Positions 12,281-24,487 of a stretch of 64,000 bases of DNA are shown piece by piece; position 1 is the first letter of the stretch; each line of letters begins with the position of its first letter. Made by a program: the position numbers and the translations under genes. The notes under the pieces were generated by a model that made no database searches, was not told the DNA's origin, and worked only from the letters and a program-made list of their open reading frames with translations. Origin of the DNA: Squalus acanthias (Eukaryota); the NCBI GenBank assembly GCA_030390025.1, contig CM059432.1, positions 12,710,001-12,774,000 on the forward strand. The letters run 5' to 3'.

Positions 12281-14489
12281 TATGATTTTGAACACCTCTA
12301 TCAAATCTCCTTTCAGCCTTCTCTGCTCTAAGGAGAACAACCCCAGCGTCTCTATTCTATCCACATAGCTGAAGTCCCTCATCCCTGGAATCATTCTTGT
12401 AAATCTTTTCTGCACCCTCTCTAAGACCTTCACATCCTTCCTAAAATGCAGTGCCCAGAATTGGACACAATACTCCAGTTGAGGCCGAATCAGTGTTTTA
12501 TAAAGGTTCATCATAACTTTTTGCTTTTGTACTCTATGCCTCTATTTATGAAGCCCGGGATCCCGTATGCTTTTATAACAGCTTTCTCAACCTGCCCTGC
12601 CACCTTCAACGATTTGTGCACATATACCCCCAGGTCTCTCTGTTCACGCACCCCTTTAGCATTGTACCCTTTAGTTTATATTGCCTCTCCTCATTCTTCC
12701 TACCAAAATGTATCACTTGGCACTTTTCTGCATTAAATTTCATCTGCCACGTGTCCGCCCATTCCACCAGCCTGTCTATGTCCTCTTGAAGTTTATCACT
12801 ATCCTCCTCACTGTTCACTATACTTCCAAGTTTTGTGTCATCTGCAAATTTTGAAATTGTGCCCTGTACACCCAAGTCCAAGTCATTAATATATATCAAG
12901 AAAAGCAGTGGTCCTAGTGGGGAACACCACTGGGGAACACCACAGTATATCTTCCTCCAGTCTGAAAAACAACCGTTCACCACTACTCTCTGTTTCCTGT
13001 CACTTAGCCAATTTCGTATCCATGCTGCCACTGTCCCTTTTATTCCATGGGCTTCAACTTTGTGGAACTTTATCAAACACCCTTTGGATGTTCATATACA
13101 CCACGTCAACCGCATTGCCCTCATAAACCCTCTCTGTTACCTCATCAAAAAACCCGATCAAGTTAGTTAAACACGATTGGCCTTTAACAAATCCGTGTTG
13201 GTTTTCCTTAATTAATCCACACTTGTGCAAATGACTGTTAACATTGTCTCTAAATACCGTTTATAAAAGTTTCCCCAATACCGAGGTTAAACTGAGGCCT
13301 GTAGTTGCTGGGTTTATCCCTACACCCTTTTTTGTACAAGTGTGTAACATTTGCAATTCTTCAGTCCTCTGGCACCACCCCCGTATCCAAGGAGGATTGG
13401 AAGATTATGGTGAGTACCTCCACGATTTCCTCCTTAACCTCCCTCAGCATCCTAGGATTCATCCCATCCAGGCCTGGTGACTTATCACCTTTAAGTACAG
13501 CCAGCCTTTCTAGTACGTCCTTTTTATAAATTTTTATCTCATCCAGTATCTCCACTACCTCCTCTTTCACTATGACTTTGGCAGCATCTTCTTCCTTTGT
13601 GAAGACAGATGCAAAGTACTCATTTAGTACCTCAGCCATACCCTCTGCCTCCATGTGTAGGTCTCCTTTCTGGTCCCTAATCGGCCCCACCCCTCCTCTT
13701 ACTATCCGTTTACTATTTATAGAGGAGCAAATTTGCAGAGAAATTACAGAGAGGTTCAAGAACTACAGAGTAGTAATAATGGGGGACTTCAATTATTCTA
13801 ATATAGACTGGGATAATAATAGTGTAAAGGGCAGAGATGGGGAAGAATTTCTAAAGTGTGTTCAGGAGAACTTTCTTGATTAGTACGTTTCCGGCCCAAT
13901 GAGGGAGGAGGCATTGCTGGATCTGGTTCTGGGGAAATGAGGTGGGTCAAGTGGAGCAAGTGTCAGTAGGGGAACATTTAGGGAACCGTGATCATTGGTG
14001 GCCTATAGAATACACCTAGTAGTGTAATGGCACCTCTATTATTTCTTAACTCTAACCAAATAGATTCTGTCCTTGACCCCTCCAGGACATCCTCTCTCTC
14101 CAGCACTGTAACATTCTCCTTAACCAATACTGCCACACCACCTCCTTTCTTTCCTTCCCTATCTTTCCTGAACACCTTATATCCAGGAATATTTAATACC
14201 CAATCCTGCCCTTTTTGAGCCAGGTCTCCGTTATCGCCACAACATAATTTTCCCATGTGGCTATTTGCGCCTGCAGCTCACCAACCTTATTTACCATGCT
14301 TCATACATTTACACACATGCACTGTAAACTTGTCTTCGACCTTCTTGTATTCTCTCTTAATCTGACCCAACCTAATACCGTACTATTTCTTACTCTTGTG
14401 ATCTCTGTCTCTCCCCATCCTTTGTGCACTTGTTTCTCCTTTCTAATGCTACATCCTGGTGCCCATCCCCCAACAAATTAGTTTAAACC

Positions 14490-15419
14490 CTACCCAACAG
14501 CACTAGCAACCCCCCCTGCGAGGACATTGGTTCCGGCCCTGTTGAGGTGCAACCCATCTGGCCTGTACAGGTCCCACCTCCCCCAGAAGTGGTCCCAATG
14601 TCCCAGGAATCTGAAGCCCTCCCTCCTGCACCAACTCTCCAGCCACACATTCATCTGCTCTATCCTCCTATTTCTATACTCACTAGCTCGTGGCACAGGG
14701 AGTAATCCGGAGATTACTACCTTTGAGGTCCTGCTTTTTAATCTCTTTCCTAGCTCCCTAAAATCTGCCTGCAGGACCTCATCCCTTTTTCTACCTATGT
14801 CGTTGGTACCGATATGGACCACGACCTCTGGCTGTTCACCCTCCCCCCTCAGAATGTTCTGCAGCCACTCAGTGACATCTTTGACCCTGGCACCAGGGAG
14901 GCAACATACCATCCTGGAATCACGTCTGCAGCCGCAGAAATGCCTGTCTGTTCCCCTAACTATTGAATCCCCTACCACTATTGCCTTCCCGAGCTTCCTC
15001 CTCCCCCCGCCCCCTGTGCAGCTGAGCCACCCATGGTGCCGTGGACTTGTCTCTGGCTGTACTCCCCAGAGGAACCATCGCCCTCACCAGTACTGGTTGG
15101 AGAGTGAGATGCACTCAGGGGACTCCTGCACTACCTGCCTGGTCCTCCTTGTCTGTCTAACGGTCACCCATTCTCTCTCTGCCTGCACATTCTTACGCTG
15201 CGGGGTGACCACCTCCTGAAACATGCTATCCACGTAGTTCTCAGCCTCACGGATGCACCACAGTGATGCCAGCTGCTGCTCAAGCACCGAAACCCAGAGC
15301 TCGAGCTCCTCCAGCCAACGACACTTCCTGCACATGTGGTTGTCCAGGACACGGGAAGCATCCTGGATTTCCCACATGGTACAGGATGTGCATTCCGCGG
15401 GACTGAGGTGCCCTGTCAT
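14490..15419 (-). pseudogene. CR1 ORF1 (zinc finger/coiled coil plus SGNH esterase), disrupted
   Basis: CTSCTMW...CRKC followed by heptads; GDSIVRG, VVHIGTNDIG and DGLHLN SGNH blocks; split into two ORFs. Confidence 0.9.
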
Positions 15420-15471
15420 GCCTCTATTTATTCGACTGTTAACTAACTTACAGAAATAAACTTAAGACTAA

Positions 15472-15981
15472 GGGGGAGAAATTTGCTTAGTTAGTGCCTC
15501 CCGTTAGCACCTGGCGGGGGCACTAACTGGGTGCTAATGGAGTAGTGCCGGGGCGAGGCGAATCCAGTGCCGCACGGCAAATCCAGTCGTCCCCTTAGCG
15601 CCACTGCTAGCAGTTAGTGCCTGGGGCTTTAGCGGCAGGCAGATCGTGATGTCAGTGAGCGCGCAACGCTCACTCAGCGCCCGATCTGCCAAATTGATTA
15701 TCGCCCCCTGCCTTAGCGCCTCACCCCGACAATGACAGGAAGAGGAGGCGTGAAGCAGGCGGATGGCGGCTCCAGGGGCGGTATTTAAAGGGATCAGTCG
15801 CAGCTCTCAGGTTAGTGCTGTTTCACTGCTTCCTTGTCAGTTTGCAATTGTGCAAGAGTTTAATTCACTCATTTAAAGGTTGTTTAGTCTCCAGTGAATT
15901 TCAGGTGCAGGGATGCTAACTTTTTCAGGAGCGCCCCGGCGAAGTTAGCACCCCAAACTGGGCACCACCCAATTTTGCCCC
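15472..15981. mobile_element. PIF/Harbinger-type MITE
   Basis: Imperfect TIR GGGGGAGAAATT/AATTTTGCCCC; TAA TSD (15469-15471, 15982-15984); related to 50276-51158. Confidence 0.8.
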
Positions 15982-16571
15982 TAAAGTCTTTATTCACACG
16001 ATTATCTATAGTTATAGTAATTAGTTTATCTAGTTAAGTTAGAGAGAATGAAACGCTAAGACTCACCCACCAATCACTTACCTGCAGTCCTGTGACGTCA
16101 CTCCTTGCTTTTGTCGTTCTTTTGGAATTTGGCGGATTTGTATCTGCTTCCTCCGGTCTGCTGTCCTCGGCCTCCCGCGCTCTTTAACCCCTGCCTCCTC
16201 CGGTGCTGCCGACTCCTTTCAGGTCCGCTGTCCTCGGCCTCGCGCTCTCTTTATCCTCTGCCGACTCCTTTCAAGTCCGCTGCTCCTTGTTTTAGGGCCA
16301 TTAGCAGTGGCTATTACATGTGGTTAGGTCATCAAGGGAGACAGGACCAGAGGCACGGACCGGAAATTGATCCTGCATTGCAACCTTATTTTTTTAAATC
16401 CTAATAATCAGGGTTTCATCTCTTGTGGTTTATGGAAGAACCAGGCAAGAATTCCAGGAATAGGATCAGCTGGAATAAATCAAAGGCTCAAGGAGTTATT
16501 GTCATTTAACCTCAAAAGAATTTTTAATCAGTCTTGTTTTCTAAAGCCACAGGTTGCATCATGTATAGGAA

Positions 16572-17842
16572 CTCAGGAGCATAGGAACAGGAGGAGGCCA
16601 TTTAGCCCCTCGAGCTTGTTTCACCATTTAATGAGATCATGGCTGATCTGTGACTAAACTCCATATACCCGCCTTTGCCCCGTATCCCTTAATAACTTTG
16701 GTTATCAAAAATCTATCAATCTCAGATTTAAAATTAACAATTGATCTGGCATCAACTGCCGTTGGTAGAGGAGAGTTCCAAACTTCTACCACCCTTTGCG
16801 TATAAAAGTGTTTCCTAATTTCACTTCTGAAAGGCCTGGCACTCATTTTTAGACTATGCCCCCAGTCCTAGACTCCCCAACCAGCGGAAATAGTTTTTCT
16901 CTATCAACAACAACATCAACTTGTATTGATATAGTGCCTTTAACGCAGTAAAACATCCCAAGGCACTTCGCAGGAGTATTAAACAAAATTTGACACCGAG
17001 CCACATAAGGAGAAATTCGGGCAGATGACCTAAAGCTTCAGCATAGAAATTTACAGCACAGAAGGAGGCCATTCGGCCCATCTTGTCCGTACCGGCCGAC
17101 AAAGAGCTATCCAGCCTAATCCCACTTTCCAGCACTTGGTCCGTAGCCCTGTAGGTTACGGCACTTCAAGTGCCTATCCAAGTACTTTTTAAATGTGATG
17201 AAGGTCTCTGCCTCTACCACCCTTTCAGGCAGTGAGTTCCAGACCCCCACCACCCTCTGGGTGAAAACATTTCTCCTCAACTCCCCTCTAAACCTCCGAC
17301 CAATTACTTTAAATCTATGCCCCCTGGTTATTGACCCTTCTGCTAAGGGAAATAGGTCCTTCCTATCCACTCTATCTAGGCCCCTCATAATTTTATACAC
17401 CTCAATTAGGTCTCCCCTCAGACTCCTCTGTTCCAAAGAAAACAACCCCAGCCTATCCAATCTTTCCTCATAGCTAAAATTTCCCAGCCCAGGCAACATC
17501 CTCGTAAATCTCCTTTGCATCCCCTCTAGCGCAATCACATCTTTCCTGTAGTGTGGTGACCAGAACTGCACGCAGTACTCTAGCTTGGTCAGAGAGGTAG
17601 GTTTTAAAGAGCGTCTTAAAGGAGGAGAGAGAGGTAGAGAGGCGGAAAGGTTTAGGGAGGGAATTCCAGGGCTTAGGGCCAAGACAGCTGAAGGCACGGC
17701 CACTGATGGTGGTGCGATTAAAATCAGGGATGCTGAAGAGGCCAGAATTAGAGGAGCGCAGAGATCTCCGAGGGTTGTGGGGCTGGAGGAGATTACAGAG
17801 ATAGGGAGACCTACCCTATCAGTTCCCCTTAATATCTTCAAA
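16572..17842 (-). mobile_element. Nested LINEs: CR1 (16572-16904, 17810-17842) < L2 (16905-17038, 17582-17809) < CR1 (17041-17581)
   Basis: Each host sequence resumes across the insert; AGCTT duplicated around the inner CR1 (17034-17038, 17582-17586). Confidence 0.85.
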
Positions 17843-18197
17843 GTAATAAGGTTTTTTTTTTAAATATGTTGCAAATACGAAAATAATATTGAATGTAAAT
17901 AAATTGATATAGGTTATTAAGAAATTAATAAATATTGACACTGAGGCCAATTGTTGCAGCCTTACTGCCACCCCAACTGAGATCAACTAATTCAGCACAG
18001 ATCGACGCCTTTTAAATTGTATCTACAGAAACCAATTGCTTCGATATAATCCTAATTCCACTTCGAGCCCATATATTTTAACACACTGCGACTGAAGCAT
18101 TTCCCAGCTCCCAAAACCAGCTCCTAATCATTTCTAACAAGAGCAGAATACTGCAGACGCTGGAAATCTGAAATATAAACGGAAAATGCTGCAAACA

Positions 18198-18680
18198 CCA
18201 GATTCACCAGACTGATACCTGGGATGGCAGGAATGACGTATGAAGAGAGATCGGGTCGATTGGGCTAGAGTTTAGAAGAATGAGAGGGAATCTCATTGAA
18301 ACTTATAAAATTCTAACAGGACTAGACAGACTAGATGCAGGAAGGATGTTCCCGATGGCAGGGGAGTCCAGAACCAGGGGTCACAGTCTAAGGATAAGGG
18401 GTAAGCCATTTAGGACTGAGATGAGGAGGAATTTCTTCACCCAGAGAGTGGTGAACCTGTGGAATTCTCTACCACAGAAGACAGTTGAGTCCAATTCATT
18501 AAATATATTCAAGAAGGAGTTAGATATATTTCTTAAGGCTAAGGGGATCAAGGGATATGGGGAGAAAGCAGGGACAGGGTACTGAATTTGGCTGATCAGC
18601 CATGATCGCATTGAATGGCGGAGCAGGCTCGAGGGGCCGAATGGCCTACTCCTGCTCCTATCTTCTATGTTTCTATGTTT
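18198..18680 (+). mobile_element. CR1 LINE 3' fragment
   Basis: MRGNLIETYK...NFFTQRVVNLWNSLP; (TTCTATGT)n tail. Confidence 0.95.
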
Positions 18681-18720
18681 CACTCAGCGGGTCAGGCAGC
18701 ATCTGCGGAGAGAGAAACAG

Positions 18721-18757
18721 AGTTAACGTTTCCGGTCGGTGACCTTTCGTCAGAACC
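18721..18757 (-). ncRNA. Degenerate minimal type I hammerhead ribozyme motif
   Basis: Minus strand GUU-CUGACGA-A-AGGUC-ACC-GACCG-GAAA-CG-UU-AAC; mismatch at the base of stem II. Confidence 0.55.
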
Positions 18758-20714
18758 GGCAAAGGTTAGAGATGTAAGGGGTTTTTAAGCAAGTGCAGAG
18801 GCAGGGAAAGACGGAGAGGAAAGAACAAAAGGGAAGGTCTGTGATGGGGTGGAAGGCAGGAGAGATTAAATGACAAAAGGGATGATGGTGCGAGGCAAAA
18901 GGGGGTGGTAATGGGACAAGTTAAGAAACAATGATTTCTTTGTGCTTTCAAAGAACTTAGCAGTGGGCTTTGCTTTGAAGCTGCTCTCTGCCAGGATCAG
19001 GGGATTGTGAAAAACAGGCAACAAAACTGGTTCATTTCAGCTGTTGACTTGTTACAACAGTTAGTTCCTCTTATACTGAGTGAGCTGATGAGTGGGTGGA
19101 GCTCTTCCACAGACACAATCTTTTTACTGAAGGCACATTAATTCATGTCTTCGCTGAAAAGTTAACAGCACATTTTGACTTCTCCGCTGCGAGTGTGCTC
19201 TTTGATCCATGTGTACTTACCTCACATGTTACTTCTGTTTTTTGAACGAAACTTTTAAATAAACATGTCAGTGACTCTCGTTGAACAACTGTTAGCCGTG
19301 TGGTTCATGTCTGACTCCCAAATGTGGTGGTGGAGCAGTGTACTAGGAGCCAAGGAGCTGAAGACAAACACATGGTCCTTCTCAATCTTTGCTGGAGTGT
19401 AACATTTACTTAAGATCAACTGAAGTGGAAGCCAGTTTAAGCTCTTTTTTAAAAAAAATGGAGCTGAATCCTGATAAAGGCTTATCTGGGTTGTCAAGAA
19501 ATGTTATGGTTGGATCAGGACTTGTAAAGACTGCATCAATCACTATGTAAAAAAAAACCAGCCTGCAGTGTTTGTTCCTCAGTTCGTTAATGAGGTGAAA
19601 TTAGTCGCCGTGATAATTGTAACAAACATATCATCACAGTTCATATGAACGTCTCCTGTGAGCTATTTTAAGGCATGTATTATCCCCATTTACTTTAATT
19701 GGGTTACCAAAGAACAATTCCTTATGAATGCAGTTAACTTGCTGCTTACAAACATCACTGAGGCCACTTTCACCCTCTCAGTCTTTCACCAGGCAACTTA
19801 ATCTGAATTAAAATATGAAGTGTTTTACTATTATTAAAGCAGAAACAAATAAATTGTCACTCTCGCAGTATTTGAGCAGGCTACGCATTGAAAGCACATT
19901 GAAAGCAGAATGATCCACTTAAGTGTGCGACTGGATCTACTGAGTAGGAGTGAATTGGGGGAAAAAAAAGATTTGAAAGCGTTAGAATGTAGTGCTCAGA
20001 TCAGAATCGTGCTTGTACAGCGCTTTAGTTGCCGGTGATTAATTAATTCACTTCTCAAAACAGCACTGATCCATCTGACCTCACACAATAATCCACCGCG
20101 CTAAATGTGCAAGTAGGAGGATCAGTGGCCTCCTTCATAACATGCCGAGCATGGCTATTGTAAAATTTCAAAGAGCTTATTGGGCCAGGGGTTTGTGATC
20201 CAGCCAGCTTGCCCTTTGCAAGGGCATAGGTCAAGTTAATTGGATCAATTTACTGTGACATTTAGAGTTGGCTAGGTCTTTTCATTACTGGCAGACATGA
20301 CTGTTGTAGACAGACACATAATTGCTTTGTGGTGCTTTGTTGGTACATCTAATGTTTATGGCTTTTCTGGGCTTCAAAGGGATACCTGTATTTTAAACCT
20401 TTTATCCCACTTTATAGCTTTACACCACATCCAAAAGATTCAAAGGCATGTTTCCTCTAGCAATTCTCAGCCCTCCTAGCTTAATGAAAGCTCATATAAG
20501 TTATCAAAGCGGTTTTTGCTCCAAAGGCTTTAGCTGTGAAAAGATGACAGAACGAGCTCCGTTGCTCCTCCCCAGAAGGTTGTGTAGTGGTTAAGGTAGT
20601 ACAAAACATTCCTGTTTATGGCCACCTTGTTAATAGGAATGTTCATTTAAAGGGACTGTGCTTTATTTTACTTTCATTTTCAATAATCGTTCTGTTTTAA
20701 TAAAAGTATTTGAT

Positions 20715-21153
20715 AAAAGGATAGACTGGAGAGGCTGGGGTTGTTCTCCTTAGAGCAGAGAAGGTTGAGAGGAGATTTGATAGAGGTGCTCAAAATCATG
20801 AGGGGTCTAGACAGAGTAGATAGAAATAAACTGTTCCCATTGGCGGAAGGGTCAAGAGCCAGAGGACACAGATTCAAGGTGATTGGCAGAAGAGCCAAAG
20901 GCAACATGAGGGAAAACTTTTTTACGCAGCGAGTGGTTAGGATCTGGAATGCACTGCCTGAGAGGGTGGTGGAGGCAGATTCAATCATGGCTTTCAAAAG
21001 GGAATTGGATAAGTACCTGAAGAAAAAAGTTTGCAGGGCTACGGGGAAAGGGCAGGGGAGTGGGACTAGCTGAAGTGTTCCTGCAGAGAGCCGGCACGGG
21101 CTCGACGGGCCGAATGGCCTCCTACTGTGCTGTAACCATTCTATGATTCTATG
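20715..21153 (+). mobile_element. CR1 LINE 3' fragment
   Basis: FSLEQRRLRGDLIEV...; (TTCTATGA)n tail. Confidence 0.95.
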
Positions 21154-22879
21154 CCGTAGTGCAACCCCAAGAGTGCCCCAGTGCCACACATGAGCTGCCC
21201 TTCTTCATTTGTGAACCTTCACACTAATGAAGGTACGTTAATCGGTCGTGGGGTGCATCATAGTTGAACCCAATCCCCTCCTCCACTCGATAGCCACACA
21301 GACACATGCTTTCCAGCAAGGCTTGCTGGATAGCAATCAGAAGCAGAATCCCTGGCTGAATTTCCCCTCGTTTCCCCGGGAACATGAAGCTAATTCTAGT
21401 CCTTCTACCACCACCCCCATTATTGACTAACACGGTGCAAATCATGGACCCAACCTGGGGCTAAGTTCGCAGTCCTGCGGTCCGAATGCAGAGTCACACT
21501 CAGAGAGAGCGCGGGTCAGAGAATAGGGGCCCCAGTATTGTAGCCCCAGCTGCGAATTGTGCCCTTTGAGCACGGCTACCAGCTGAGAGAGGGATCAGTG
21601 AATTTACCCTCTGGGACTTGCCTGGTCTGTAAAGCTCAGTGACGCACCATAAGGTGCCCGCAAAGCCAATTGGGAGCAATTTCACGTCTTTGAATTTTTC
21701 TTAAATTATGACATGTTGAGGTAGAAATTGGTATGTGCGACACCCGTATTTTGGGTGTAAAGTGGGCACAAAGCATACCAATTTAGCGATGGGTTGGCCT
21801 GCACCAATCTGCGCAGGTGTTGGTCCCACTGCTAAATTCTTGGGGTCCACTTCTTAGGCGTCCCGGCTGATGCCTGAAACAAGCCCCTTGAATATGTTAA
21901 TTAGGGGCCTAACCACCAGTCTAGGGGCCTAGACTGCTGAAGGACCCCTGTGTAAAATGTGTTCACAGTGAGCGGGTCAGGATTTTTCCGCGGCCCCTGC
22001 GTAGGGTTGGCAGCTCTGGTTGGACGTATTCCTGGAGGTGTCATCACATGACCACCTGCCTCCAACCACCCCACCCCCCCGTCATTGGTCACCCAACGTG
22101 TCCATCCTCACAGCACCCTACCTTCCTCGGCCAATCGGAAAGCGATCAGACTCTTCGTTACCCGATTGGGCAATTTTTGACTGTCAGTCAAGCAGCCTTT
22201 TTTCCCATCTCAAATATTTTTATTACTAATAACCAAAGTGTTCAAAGAAATTTATCTCCCGGGTGTTGCTCACAGCAGTGTCGTAGAGATTTGTCTTTAA
22301 TTCCAGGAGTCTCCAGAACTAGCCACGCCGCTAGCCAAGCTGTTCCAGTACAGCTACAACACTGGCATCTACCCGACAATGTGGAAAACTGCCCAGGTAT
22401 GTCCTGTCCACAAAAAGCAGGACAAATTCGATCCGGCCAATTACCGCTCCGTCAGTCTATATTCAATCATCAGCAAAGTGATGGAAGGTGTTGTCGACAG
22501 TGCTATCAAGCGGCACTTACTCACTAATGGTCAGTTTGGGTTCTGCCAGGACCACTGGGCTCCAGACCTCATTACAGCCTTGGTCCAAACATGGACAAAA
22601 GCGCGGAGTTCCAGAGGTGAGGTGAGAGTGACTGCCTTTGACATCAAGGCAGCATTTGACCAAGTGTGGCATCAAGGGGCCCTAGCAAAATTGAAGTAAA
22701 TGGGAATCAGGAGAAAAACTCTCCACTGGCTAGAGTCATACCTAACACAAAGGAAGATGGTTGTGGTTGTTGGAGGCCAATCATCTCAGCCCCAGGACAT
22801 CGCTGCAGGAGTTCCTCAGGGCAGTGTCCTAGGCCCAACCATCTTCAGCTGCTTCATCATTGACCTTCCCTCCATCATA

Positions 22880-23269
22880 AGGTCAGAAGTGGGGATGTTC
22901 GCTGATGATTGCACAGTGTTCAGTTCCATTTGCAACTCCTCAATTAATGAAGCAGTCTATGCCCACATGCAGCAAGACATGGACGACATTCAGGCTTGGG
23001 CTGATAAGTAGCAAGTAACATTGCTACTCCGCCTGCATTTAGGGTTAGGGTTCACAACAACATGCAAGCCAGGAAGGTCAGAAGTGGGGATGTTCGCTGA
23101 TGATTGCACAGTGTTCAGTTCCATTTGCAACTCCTCAATTAATGAAGCAGTCTATGCCCACATGCAGCAAGACATGGACGACATTCAGGCTTGGGCTGAT
23201 AATTAGCAAGTAACATTGCTACTCCGCCTGCATTTAGGGTTAGGGTTCACAACAACATGCAAGCCAGGA
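22880..23269. repeat. 195-bp direct tandem duplication
   Basis: 22880-23074 and 23075-23269 differ at one visible position (GATAAGTAG/GATAATTAG). Confidence 0.9.
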
Positions 23270-24487
23270 TCCTGACCAACGGTTCCACCACAGACCCAAT
23301 TCATGTACGGACCGGGGTCAAGCAAGGCTGTGTCATCGCACCAACGCTCTTCTCGATCTTCCTTGCGGCAATGCTCCATCTCACCCTCAGTAAGCTCCCC
23401 GCTGGAGCGGAGCTAATTTACAGAACAAACGGGAAACTGTTCAACCTCCGTCGCCTCCAGTCCAGATCCAAGGTCGTCCCATCCTCTGTCGTCAAATTAC
23501 AGTATGCAGACGACGCTTGCGTCTGCGCACACTCAAAGGTCGAACTCCAAACCATCGTTAACACCTTCACCGAAGCGTACGAGAGCATGGGCCTTACACG
23601 AAACATCCGTAAGACAAAGGTCCTCTACCAACCTGCCCCCGCCACACAGTACTGCCCCCCAATTATCAAAATCCATGACAAGGCCTTGGACAATGTGGAC
23701 CACTTTCCATACCTCAGGAGCCTACTGTCAACAAGGGCAGACGTCGATAACGAAGTCCAACACCGCCTTCAGTGTGCCAGTGCAGCCTTCGGTTGCCTGA
23801 GGAAGAGAGTGTTTGAAGACCAGGACCTCAAACCCGACACCAAGCTCATGGTCTACAGAGCAGTAGTAATACCCGCCCTCCTGTATGCCTCAGAGACATG
23901 GACCATGTACAGCAGGCACCTCAAAGCACTGGAGAGGTACCACCAATGCTGCCTCCGCAAGATCCTGCAAATCCATTGGCAGGATAGGCGCACCAACGTC
24001 AGTATTCTCGCTCAGGCCAACATCCCCAGCATCGAAGCTTTGACCACGCTCGATCAGCTCCGATGGACAGGTCACATCGTCCGCATGCCCGATATGAGAC
24101 TCCCAAAACAAGCGCTCTACTCGGAGCTCCGACATGGCAAGAGAGCCCCAGGTGGGCAGAGGAAACGCTTCAAGGACATCCTCAAAGCCTCCTTGAAAAA
24201 GTGCAACATCCCCACCGACACCTGGGAATCCTTGGCCCAAGACCGCACAAAGTGGAGGAAGGCGCCGAATACCTCGAGTCTCTTCGCCGGGAGCAAGCGG
24301 AAGCCAAGTGCAAACAGCGGAAGGAGCGCACGTCAACCTAAGCACCCCACCCACCCGCCCCTTCAACCACCGTCTGCCCCACCTGTGACAGAGACTGTAG
24401 GTCCCGCATTGGACTCAACAGTCACATGAGAACTCATTTTTAATGTGGAAGCAATTCATCTTTGGTTCTGAGGGACTGCCTAAGAAG
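23218..24487 (+). mobile_element. RTE-clade LINE, 5'-truncated
   Basis: GVKQGCVIAPTLF, LQYADD, QLRWTGHIVRM; C2H2 finger CPTC...HMRTH after a frameshift; AAG tail; AACATT TSD (23212-23217, 24488-24493). Confidence 0.92.

Larger units (their letters stand above)
12281..16290 (-). mobile_element. Long CR1 LINE (5'UTR, ORF1, ORF2) with internal inversion-deletion and MITE insertion
   Basis: ORF1 14490-15419; EN motifs (GYKVFRKDR...GGGVA, FYRPP); RT motifs (KFADDTK); 13719-13995 is inverted. Confidence 0.9.
18140..18935 (-). mobile_element. Penelope-like pseudo-LTR element interrupted by CR1
   Basis: GCTGGAAATCTGAAA...AAACAC | CR1 | CACTCAGCGGGTCAGGCAGCATC; contains a hammerhead-like motif. Confidence 0.65.

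Noticed and set aside
17116..17841. 241-aa novel protein
   Set aside because: Chance read-through across nested CR1/L2/CR1 fragments
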